The notes beneath the pieces were generated by a model, which did not search any database, was not told the origin of the DNA, and saw only the letters and a program-made list of their open reading frames with translations. The translations under genes were made by a program, and so were the position numbers. DNA of 64,000 bases from Octopus sinensis (lineage: Eukaryota), in contig NC_042999.1 of assembly GCF_006345805.1 (NCBI RefSeq), forward strand, positions 806,001 through 870,000, in the 5' to 3' direction. How positions within the stretch are numbered: the stretch's first letter is position 1; every line of letters starts with the position of its first letter. Below are positions 53,993 to 64,000 of this stretch, in pieces.

Positions 53993-54254
53993 TAGGCATT
54001 TGACAAATTTGGAAGCTGGGCTTCTTGGGTCTCAAGCGGAAGCATTACTTTGCCTGCAGGAACATTAGGGCCGACCGTCAGGGCGAATTCGTTACTCAGA
54101 GATGGCTCAATGTACCCCGGGTGGATGCCGCCACGAGTTCAAATACAAGTGTATCCCGATTTAGTATTGGTTGGCAGATATCACTACGGACCAGTAAACA
54201 GTTTGTTCACTAAAGTTATAAAAACTCCCGCTATGTTCATTTATCCGACGGTGC

Positions 54255-54302
54255 CTCTGACTGATGAGAAGCAACGATATCGAAACACCGGATGTTCCAG
54301 AG
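54255..54302 (+). ncRNA. Type I hammerhead motif, canonical core
   Basis: cucuga CUGAUGA ga...uc GAAA ca-ccgga-ug UU ccagag; weak stem II and a mismatch at the first stem I pair. Confidence 0.65.
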
Positions 54303-55468
54303 TCTCTTCTGCTGAAGAACCGAGTGTGTTATGAATATATATTCGTCGTAAAGAAGCTGTCCTCCTGTGTCGAAACACGACAGCATTTAGCGTGTTCACT
54401 TTGGAATCAGTCGAAATGTATTAAGAATAACTATGCAAGTTGTTTCATTTATCGCTGTTCACCATGCATATCACAATTTATAATCACTTATCTCATTTTC
54501 CAGCAAGTATGGTGGACAATTCTGGAAATGTTTCTGTCTTGCTTTAAATTAATCAATAATGCATAGATTTCATCACGCATGCCGAAATATTGATTAAACA
54601 ATTACTAAGTTAATTATACAAGATTCTACACTGAGATATTAGAGAACGTCACTTTGCTCAATACTACAGAGCACTCAGCCGGAATTTGAGAGGAACAGGC
54701 TTCAGTTGTCTGTAACAGAAAATCTTCCCACTTTTTCTGTTTTTTAAGGGTATTTACCTGATCTCATAAACTGTTTTCACGGCTATTCCGTGTTCGAGAT
54801 TTCTTTAAAATAACGGGATATTAATTTTTGGTTTCTTCTACTTATATACATTCAGAATCATTCTTGTTTACTTTTTAACATTCGCCATATTAAATCTTTT
54901 CAGATTAACGGAACTCTTGTTTCCTAACTGGATAGCATTTTGTAAACCTTCTTACGTTATTAGAAATATCTGTATGCGAAAACAAAGAGTAAAGAAGCAT
55001 AGTGAGATAAGAAATAGTTTACAGAAATTTACTTTATTGAATTATTCTAAAGAAGATTTGATTCGTATCATTGCTGAATTAGTTTCAGATAACTCCGTGA
55101 AGAAGATGCTGGCTGTTACAACTATAAAGAAGCTGTATTTAACTGGAGGAACATTGCTTCATTCGTTCGTTCATTTGTAGTAAATTTTTCTCATGCTAGC
55201 TTGGGTTAGCCGTATGTAATATTGATGCATTGTGTTAGAGTGAATGCCGTGCCTGACGCTATCCCTTCCCTGTCTATCAAGTAAGGGATCTCTGATTCTA
55301 CACGTTTTAGAGAACATAAATCTAGAAGCAATTTGTTGATAGGCGAAATGACAACATTATTACGGCTAGAATTTGCCAATTAAAAGGTAATTACACTGGC
55401 GGTGCACCAGCATGGTCACAGCATTAGGGCTGGCTGAAACATATAAAAGAAAAAAGAATAGAATAATA

Positions 55469-55511
<43 letters not shown>

Positions 55512-55570
55512 TATATATATATACACACACACACACACATTATATATATATATGTATATATGTATATATA

Positions 55571-55644
<74 letters not shown>

Positions 55645-55654
55645 TATATATATA

Positions 55655-56289
55655 CTAGCAGTATCGCCCGGCGTTGCTCGGGTTTGTAAGGGAAATAACT
55701 ATATAAGCATTTTTAGAGAGTTATAGCCAAAAAATAGCAAAAAATGCATTAAAATGGAAAAAATATGATGGTAAATTTTTTGAAAAATCGTTGACTCATC
55801 GTAGACATTTTTAGAGAGTTACTTCCCTTATATAATAGCGAAAAAATGCATTAAAATGGAAAAAAAACGATGGTAAATTTTTTTTTAAATCGTAGACTCA
55901 TGTAGACGCTTTCTTAGCCATTTCTGTTTTGGTGTCTTCAAGCCATGAAGTCATTGTTCTAAAAGAACGCTGGTCTCCTTGACAACGCATTACGACGTTG
56001 ATTTCCTTACACTCCCTTCCCCACAGGTGCAGGTGTGAGCGTGGACGCCAACTCCGCCGCCATCGACACACGAAAAATTATGCATTAAAATGGAATAAAA
56101 AATGATGTTAAATTATTTTAAAATCGTAGACTCATCGTAGACGCGCGCTAATACACAGACGGGCTCGATATCAATCACGACTATAAGCTACCCGAATTTG
56201 GTTAAACTGCACCGCAAAATGTGGGAGTAGTTAGGAATCTAAATCGAAGGGGACAGACACTCACACAACTACAGTTTTATATATATAGA
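55655..56289 (-). mobile_element. Non-autonomous Helitron
   Basis: On the minus strand it begins A|TCtatatatataaaa and ends with hairpin cccgagcaacgccggg, then CTAG|T. Three internal atgcattaaaatggaa...atcgtagac repeats. Confidence 0.85.
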
Positions 56290-56309
56290 TATACCTAGCG
56301 CAGTAGTGG

Positions 56310-56570
56310 TGAGATGTGACAGCAAAGAAAAGCATACATTCACTCTCTGCATGCAATTAGACTCGGAAAGTTCGTGAGGAACCCATTGACCCAATTTGCT
56401 GACTTTTCCGATAGCACACAGGTCTCAATGAATGGTTGAATGACCCAATCCAAGCTTCTCTGCTAGTTCCTCAACAGTTACGATGAGATTTTGTTCCACC
56501 AGGGTTTTCAGGATGTCCTTGTCGAGTTCTACAGATCTTTCAGGATGAGGCTCGTCTTCTAGGCTGTTCC
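56310..56570 (-). pseudogene. mariner transposase N-terminal/HTH relic
   Basis: Manual translation SLEDEPHPERS...TVEELAEKLG...GKVSKLGQWVPHELSE (WVPHEL motif). Confidence 0.85.
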
Positions 56571-57111
56571 AATATAGCTTTGAAAAAAATAGCTGTTAAA
56601 ATCGAAATGCACTCTTCAAAACTTGCACTATGAATAAGGACAAGATAAAATTACTACCTGCTTTTATAGCAAGTTAATATAAGTAGTTTATCCCATTCCC
56701 CTCTGACTTTTAGTTCAAGCTGTTGAAAAAACCGCATTATTATATATATATACATACATACATACATACATACATATACACACACACTCTCTCTCTCACA
56801 CACATGCACACATTTATATTCTGTTATTCTTTTATATGTTTCAGCCTTGAGGTTGTGGCCATGCTGGATCATGTGTGTGTGTGTGTGTGTCTATCTGTCT
56901 GTCTGTATGTATATATGTATATGTATGTGTGTGAACAATAATATTTTCAACAGATGTGTTGCAAGTATCTGATTGTTCTCAAGCTTCAATACTGTGTATG
57001 TGTGTGTGTGTGTGTGCGTGTATGTATGTATGTATATGTATGTATGTATATGTATGTATGTATGTGTGTATGTATGTATGTGTGTGTATGTATGTATGTG
57101 GTGTGTGTGTG

Positions 57112-57143
<32 letters not shown>

Positions 57144-57619
57144 GGGTGTATGTTACTTTATTACTAACACAAGCCACTACTGTTATTTAATGTAAAGTCT
57201 TCCTCAAATCACTATCTCTGGCTATTTACTCTCTTCCAAGAACATTTTCACTCACACTTATGTGTTAGCTTCCCATACATTTTACTTATGTATCTATCAG
57301 CGTGATAGAGAGAAACAAATATTACATCTAGTTTCACTTTATTCGTTGCCCACTGTGTGTGTGCGTTTGCGTGTGGTGTAAACCAGACTAAGAAAAGCAT
57401 TTGAACACACACCAGAATGTGAGTTTTCTGTAAATTTTGCTTAATTGGAGTTTAAATTTTAAAAACTGGACCTGGCATGACGCGATGCATTGTACTCTTA
57501 AAAATGCCAGGTAAATTGTAATTGAAGAAATGCTATATTGTAGATTTCTATAACTCCCAAGGGAGGCAGATAAAATCTGCCTTTTATAATAAGAATATAT
57601 ATATATATATATATATAAT

Positions 57620-57662
<43 letters not shown>

Positions 57663-58459
57663 AGGCCTATGTATATATAAACATACATATATATGTGTGT
57701 GTGTGTGCGCGTGTGTCTGTGTGTGTATATGTATATATGTATGTATGTGTATGCATGAGTATGCGTGTATGTGTCTTTGTGTTTGTGGCCCACCACTGTG
57801 AGAGAACCAATGTTTGGATTGTTTACGTCACCGTAAGAAAGCAGTTCGGCAAAAGACACCGATGGAACTTCAGCAGACTTTAAAGAATGATAACTGCAGT
57901 AGATATTGTTCGACTAAAACCTTCAAAGAGGGTACTGAGGATGACCGCAGGCCAATGACTGAAGCAAGTAAAAAATTAGAAATAAAGATATGTGGTCAAT
58001 ATTTAAATTTATTCTGTTCTATTATCTGTTCTTAACGACATCTGAATAATGATGCGATTTGATGTATCAAATGTTAATACATTTTATGTGTGTTAGTGCG
58101 CGCGCGTGTGTGTATCTGAGTGTTGTGTGTTGCGGGGGGGTATTCATACATATATTATTTATTTATGTGTATGTATTTTATATTATTTAAAATATTATTT
58201 ATATTTTTAGATTTATTGCATATATTAACACACACATATATATTTCTCTATATTGTGTGTGTGAGTGCGTGTGTGTGGGGTATTCATACATATATAATTT
58301 ATTTATGTGTATGTATTTATATGTATAATTTATATTTTTTATATTTATTGCATATATATACACACATATATATATTGTATATATATGTACATATATATGT
58401 GTGTGTGCGTGTGTGTGTATGTACATGGTGTGTGTATTCATATATATATTTATGTATGT

Positions 58460-58522
<63 letters not shown>

Positions 58523-58733
58523 GTGAAATAGAAAGATGAATAATCTTGTTGTAGATTAATCAAAAGTTAACCGATACCTTAGTAGCAAAAATCACAGCAG
58601 TAAACAGCACGGTTGGAGTACAACCATCTGGCGTTGCAACCGTGCGTTGGTGCGGATAATTGAAATTAAAACATTATTGGTGAATTGAAGAAATGGAGCT
58701 GAACGCAGATTGAACAGAAATCGTTTTATTTCA

Positions 58734-58812
58734 TTCTACACGTGTTTCGAAAGCACAAATTACCAAAATCCGATTGAATAATGGGACCATATTGTGTCTT
58801 TCTCTTCAGGAA
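58734..58812 (-). ncRNA. Type I hammerhead, left-arm copy
   Basis: Reverse complement of 59251-59329. Confidence 0.8.
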
Positions 58813-59250
58813 GAAAAAAGGAAATCCGTTAGAGAAACAAAACAGAACAGAGGCGGAGCAAAAACCAAATCGAACTATGCTCCTAAGAGCCCATGGCGAA
58901 ACTGTTTATCAGTGTATGCTGAGAACGGTGGCTGAAGAATTCTACAGGTCAGGCATCGGTCAATCATGTGGGTGAGGGTGTATAGATGTTCTTAGTGACC
59001 GAGAATAAAGTTCTGACTATTTAATACATCCAATATTCCTTAAATAGTCAGAACTTTATTCTCGGTCACTAAGAACATCTATACACCCTCACCCACATGA
59101 TTGACCGATGCCTGACCTGTAGATTCTTCAGCCACCGGTTCTCAGCATACACTGATAAACAGTTTCGCCATGGCTCTTAGGAGCATAGTTCGATTTGGTT
59201 TTTGCTCGCCTCTGTTCTGTTTTTGTTTCTCTAACGGATTTCCTTTTTTC

Positions 59251-59329
59251 TTCCTGAAGAGAAAGACACAATATGGTCCCATTATTCAATCGGATTTGGT
59301 AATTTGTGCCTTTCGAAACACGTGTAGAA
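59251..59329 (+). ncRNA. Type I hammerhead ribozyme, canonical core
   Basis: uuc CUGAAGA gaaagacacaa...uugugccuuuc GAAA cacgug UA gaa; predicted cut 59326/59327. Confidence 0.85.
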
Positions 59330-60587
59330 TGAAATAAAACGATTTCTGTTCAATCTGCGTTCAGCTCCATTTCTTCAATTCACCAATAATGTTATATATA
59401 TATATATATACATGTATAAATATATACATATATATTTGTATTTTTCTTTTTGTCTATGTTTTTACTCTGCAGAACTGATTTAACTTTCATAAAGCTCATA
59501 TTTTAAAAAGATTTCGTTCTTTCTTTTTTATTGAACATGATTTGGTTTTTATTTCTAGTATATTTTTCTTGTATATCCGTAGTTTATGAAATATGTCCTA
59601 ACAACAGATAAAAAAAACATACAATATTGGAACATTTGAAAAAAAAAATTGTTTAGTGATCATTGATAGAAATTCTAGAGTTTCTAGATTTAATGCTTCA
59701 ATAGTTTCTAAATTACCAGAGCAGACACTGAAGCTCTCTGTCTGTCTCTGTCTCTCTCTCCATCTCTCACATATACATCTATACACAGAGTATAAATATG
59801 CCCACATATATAACACATTTAAACTCACAAACACATAAACACGACTTGTATGGCATGAAGCATTCGAAAATAACTGAAATTTAACAAATGAAATGAAATC
59901 AATACCAACAAATATGTTGGCGATTGTCTGGTTAGATGGATGTATATATCAATGGTAGTGGAACTGAACAGAATCAGTATAAGGTTTGAAAGGGTTAATA
60001 AAAACTATAAGGATTGATAAGGTAGGGTCACAGAGTTTCTGTGGCAGACGAGGCTGAAACGATGACGAAAGGCAGCTTTCATATCGGCAGCCCTGATCAA
60101 ATTTGTTTTAAAGTTCCGCTTGAACGGACAGTGAGGATGGAGATGGTAGTGCTTCTCTTCAGCGAAATCTTGTAAAGATGGTTGATGGTAACGAAAATGG
60201 TTAGGGCGAATTGCCCTACTCTAAGCAGGTGCATGTTGACTGGAGAACAACATAGGGCGGACTCGTACCTTTGGAAATCTGAGTGAGCATGGATCTGGGA
60301 TTCCTTGGCTGGTTCTTGTTCGATTTGCACCTGTATCTGGTAGAATACAGCTTTCCTGTTTCCACTTACTTGTATAATAGGTATATATATATATTCTTTT
60401 ATGCCATTTCACTGTCTTTTCCATTTGTTTCACCCCATTTTTAATACAAACTGTCCACGTAATGACACAAATTGTAAACTATCCTCGTAGTGACCCCCTC
60501 AGTGTCAAAACAATGTACATGATAACACTTCCAATCAGTTAAGATCAGAAGCCATGAGAACCACTGCCTTGTATTGCATCAGGGCAT

Positions 60588-60626
60588 TTATTATTATTAT
60601 TATTATTATTATTGTTGTTGTTGTTG

Positions 60627-60661
<35 letters not shown>

Positions 60662-60695
60662 GTTATTATTATTATTATTGTTATTATTATTATTA

Positions 60696-60741
<46 letters not shown>

Positions 60742-60881
60742 TATTATTATTATCATTAATATTATTATTATCATTATTATTATCATATTATTATTATTAT
60801 CATAAGTAGTAGTCGTACTAGTAGTAGCAGCAGCAGCAGTAGTAGTAGTATAGTAGTAGTAGTAGTAGTAGTATAGTACTA

Positions 60882-60928
<47 letters not shown>

Positions 60929-60929
60929 T

Positions 60930-60960
<31 letters not shown>

Positions 60961-60970
60961 TTAGTAGTAG
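60588..60970. repeat. (ATT)n then (AGT)n microsatellite
   Basis: Directly visible. Confidence 0.95.
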
Positions 60971-61511
60971 CACAATACATTGTAAATAAATTTGTATTGA
61001 TCTGGTTTGAATGCTTTAAGTCCCAATCTAACTGACGAATTTATGTGTTTTGGAATCTTGACAATATCCCATCTACATCATGGTTCCATGTTGAATATGG
61101 CATGACATGAATCAATTAGAAATTACTGCAGTATCAACACTTTTCTTCCAGCAACTAGCCTATTAGATATTTATTAGTGTGTCTATGTGTGTGTCTGAAG
61201 AGAGAGAGAGAGAGAGACATCTATATATATATTAAATTTTCTTTTAGTACAACAGACTGAGAGCAACTCGTTTCCTTGTTCCCTTATGTTTATATAAATT
61301 ATATTTGTCAAACAGACCTTGAGTATCTGTATACCAATGCTGTATCAGTTCAAGTAAGGGGCATAAACATTTTTCAGTGAAAACATATCGTCAATTTTTT
61401 TTCTTTTTCATACATATAAGCGCACAAAATTAAATCATTCTCCACTTCTTTCCATTGCATATATCAGAGACCAAAGTGTATGTATGCCGCTATAAATATA
61501 TATACTCTCTA

Positions 61512-61890
61512 TTACTCTCTTACTCTCTTACTTGTTTCAGTCATTTGACTGTGGCCATGCTGGAGCACCGCCTTTAGTCAAGCAAATCGACCCAAGACTT
61601 ATTCTTGTAAGTCCAGTATTAATTCCATCGGTCTCTTTTGCCGAACCGCTAAGTGACGGGGACGTAAACACACCAGCATCGGTTGTCAAGCAATGCTAGA
61701 GGGACAAACACAGACACACAAACATATACACACACGTACATATATATTTATACATATATACGACAGGCTTCTTTCAGTTTCCGTCTACCAAATCCACTCA
61801 CAAGACACTTGCCAAGCTGCCACGCAGTGGGACTGAACCCGGAACCATGTGGTTGGTAGGCAAGCTACTTACCACACAGCCACTCCAGCG
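61512..61890 (-). mobile_element. SINE family B
   Basis: Matches 20454-21096 and 62677-63085. Confidence 0.9.
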
Positions 61891-62064
61891 CCTATATATA
61901 TATATATATAATACAAAATGGGACAAGAATGCAAAACATCCGGACAGTTAGGTGACATAAATATAAGACAACAAAACATCCAGATAGACGATACAAAGAA
62001 AACAAGTATGGGTCATTCGAAGTTTTCTTTCCTCCGTCGAGTACCAGATTATCTTAGCCTTTTA

Positions 62065-62137
62065 TCTTCAGTCAAGAACCGGACCATACTCGCAATTTCG
62101 GCTGGTTATACTAGAGATTGCTCCAATCTGGCCAGCC
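62065..62137 (-). ncRNA. Candidate pseudoknotted/permuted hammerhead with canonical core
   Basis: Minus strand: ggcugg-10nt-gcaaUC/ucuag-5nt-ccagcc GAAA uugc-15nt-cuuga CUGAAGA. Spacing is identical to 1864-1936 but the stem sequences differ. Lies in repeat 61917-62220. Confidence 0.6.
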
Positions 62138-62530
62138 CCAAGGAATAACTAATCTAAGAGCATTAGATTCCTTGGAAGAAAGCAGCGAATGTATACAAAA
62201 ACAAGGACGGAAAAAACGGATAGCGGTTCGGCAAAAGGGACCGATAGAATATGTACTAGGCTTACAAAGAATAAGTGCTGGGGTCAATTTGCTCGACCAA
62301 AGGCGGTGCTCCAGCTTGGCTGCAGCCAAATGACTGAAACAAGTAAAAGAGTAAAAGAATATATATATGTATATATAAACATAATACATCGGGTAATACT
62401 AAATTATTATTACCAGTGGCCTAGCACAAAAACGAATTAGTCATTAGACTATATATTATTCATATAGAAATACAATCAGAGGCTTCCAAATAGGAAAGCG
62501 TTGTGCTAGAAAGAGCAGTAGAAATCTCAA

Positions 62531-62656
62531 AAACCACAAAAAAAAGGATAAATTCTCGAAAGGAATGAAAATTAAAAACGTTTACCATCTCAAGTTGAGA
62601 TGGTAAACGTTTTTAATTTTCATTCCTTTCGAGAATTTATCCTTTTTTTGTGGTTT
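62531..62656. repeat. Near-perfect 126 bp palindrome with a single-base loop
   Basis: Centre ...ccatctcaa-g-ttgagatgg... at 62594; left-side extension from ~62380. Confidence 0.95.
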
Positions 62657-62676
62657 ACATACATATATGTATATAT

Positions 62677-63085
62677 AGGAGTGGCTGTGTGGTAAGTAGC
62701 TTGCTAACCAACTACATGGTTCCGGGTTCAGTCCCACTGCGTGGCATCTTCGGCAAGTGTCTTTTGCTATAGCCCCGGCCGACCAATGCCTTGTGAGTGG
62801 ATTTGGTAGACGGAAACTGAAAGAAGCCTGTCGTGTATATGTATATATATGTGTGTGTGTTTGTATGTGTTTCTGTGTCTGTGTTTGTCCCCCTAGCATT
62901 GCTTGACAACCGATGCTGGTGTGTTTACGTCCCCGTCACTTAGCGGTTCGGCAAAAGAGACCGATAGAATAAGTACTGGGCTTACAAAGAATAAGTCCCG
63001 GGGTCGATTTGCTCGGACTAAAGGCGGTGCTCCAGCATGGCCGCAGTCAAATGACTGAAACATGTAAAAGAGTAAAGAGTAAAGA
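62677..63085 (+). mobile_element. SINE family B, full length
   Basis: tRNA-like head, CORE-like segment, internal (TA/TG)n, tail ...aaagagtaaagagt. Confidence 0.92.
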
Positions 63086-63143
<58 letters not shown>

Positions 63144-63234
63144 GTTGTATGCATGAATGTATGTACGTACGTATTCAGTACGCAAATATACTCACTGAGT
63201 GACACACACTCGCATGTGTGTAGTATATATGTGG

Positions 63235-63613
63235 AAACACTCCGTCGGTTACGACGACGAGGGTTCCGGTTGATCCGATCAACGGAACAGCCTGCTCGTG
63301 AAATTAACGTGTAAGTGGCTGAGCACTCCACAGACACGTGTACCCTTAACGTAGTTCTCGGGGATATTCAGCGTGACACAGAGAGTGACAAGGACGGCCC
63401 TTTGAAATACAGGTACAACAGAAACAGGAAGTAAGAGTGAGAGAAAGTTGTGGTGAAAGAGTACAGCAGGGATCACCACCATGCCCTGCTGGAGCCTCGT
63501 GGAGCTTTAGGTGTTTTCGCTCAATAAACACTCACAGCGCCCGGTCTGGGAATCGAAACCGCGGTCCTATGACCGCGAGTCCGCTGCCCTAACCACTGGG
63601 CCATTGCACCTCC
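63235..63613 (-). mobile_element. SINE family C with a third type of tail
   Basis: Minus strand head ggaggtgcaatggcccagtggttagggcagcggactcgcgg; tail ttcacgagcaggctgttccgttgatcggatcaaccgg. Confidence 0.88.
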
Positions 63614-63886
63614 GTAGTATATATACGGTCTCGTCTTAAAACTGTTGTAATGGTTTTGGTGCCTGGGCGAATGAAGTTGCCGACGAAATTCATAGCGGCA
63701 ACTGTTTTAACGCCTGCTACTACTACTACTACAACTAGTAGTAGTAGTAGTAGTATTGTTCGCTACTAAACATTGTATTTCCTACTTTCTCAATATCACT
63801 CCTTTCAATTAACTCTTTAATCATGTGATAAATATTACATTCCCCTCACCCCACGCCGTTGGCATCTCTCCTACTCCCCCTTCGTT

Positions 63887-63918
<32 letters not shown>

Positions 63919-64000
63919 GATCTTTGCCTTCTCTCTTCTACTAATCACGTGACAGCGTAACGTACGTCTGCCTCAGTGTACTGATAGATATAGATTTTTT

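Larger units (their letters stand above)
58670..59393. repeat. ~720 bp fold-back palindrome with 15 nt loop and two outward hammerheads; left tail ~58525-58669
   Basis: Arms 58670-59024 and 59040-59393; flanked by (TA)n. Confidence 0.95.

Noticed and set aside
60060-60440. Possible Gypsy RNase H relic (QIEQE, YHQP in different frames, minus strand)
   Set aside because: The motifs are too short and scattered across frames to support without a profile search.

Overview
Eukaryotic, very AT-rich, microsatellite-dense, essentially gene-free DNA. The SINE families and the (TA)n/(TATC)n/(CA)n/trinucleotide landscape point to an octopod cephalopod (inference). No intact host gene is supported; nearly all ORF-track entries are translated simple repeats. 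The main coding feature is a 5'-truncated Penelope-like retroelement of the Naiad type (RT plus CxCx4Cx5C knuckle plus GIY-YIG endonuclease, minus strand 35361-37172, two single-base frameshifts). It sits between ~1.5 kb inverted repeats that each carry an outward-facing hammerhead ribozyme. About ten smaller fold-back insertions beside TA microsatellites share this architecture, and the window holds over a dozen intact or decayed minimal type I hammerhead motifs, including a U3-A8 core variant. The most novel signal is four diverged repeat ends (1864-1936, 11824-11880, 13457-13514, 62065-62137) with hammerhead core strands in a non-circularly permuted, pseudoknotted order and covarying stems. 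Also present: several tRNA-derived SINE families (some modular or tandemly amplified), mariner/Tc1 relics, RTE LINE relics, a non-autonomous Helitron, MITE-like inverted repeats and a higher-order minisatellite. All coordinates were read by eye and may be off by a few bases.
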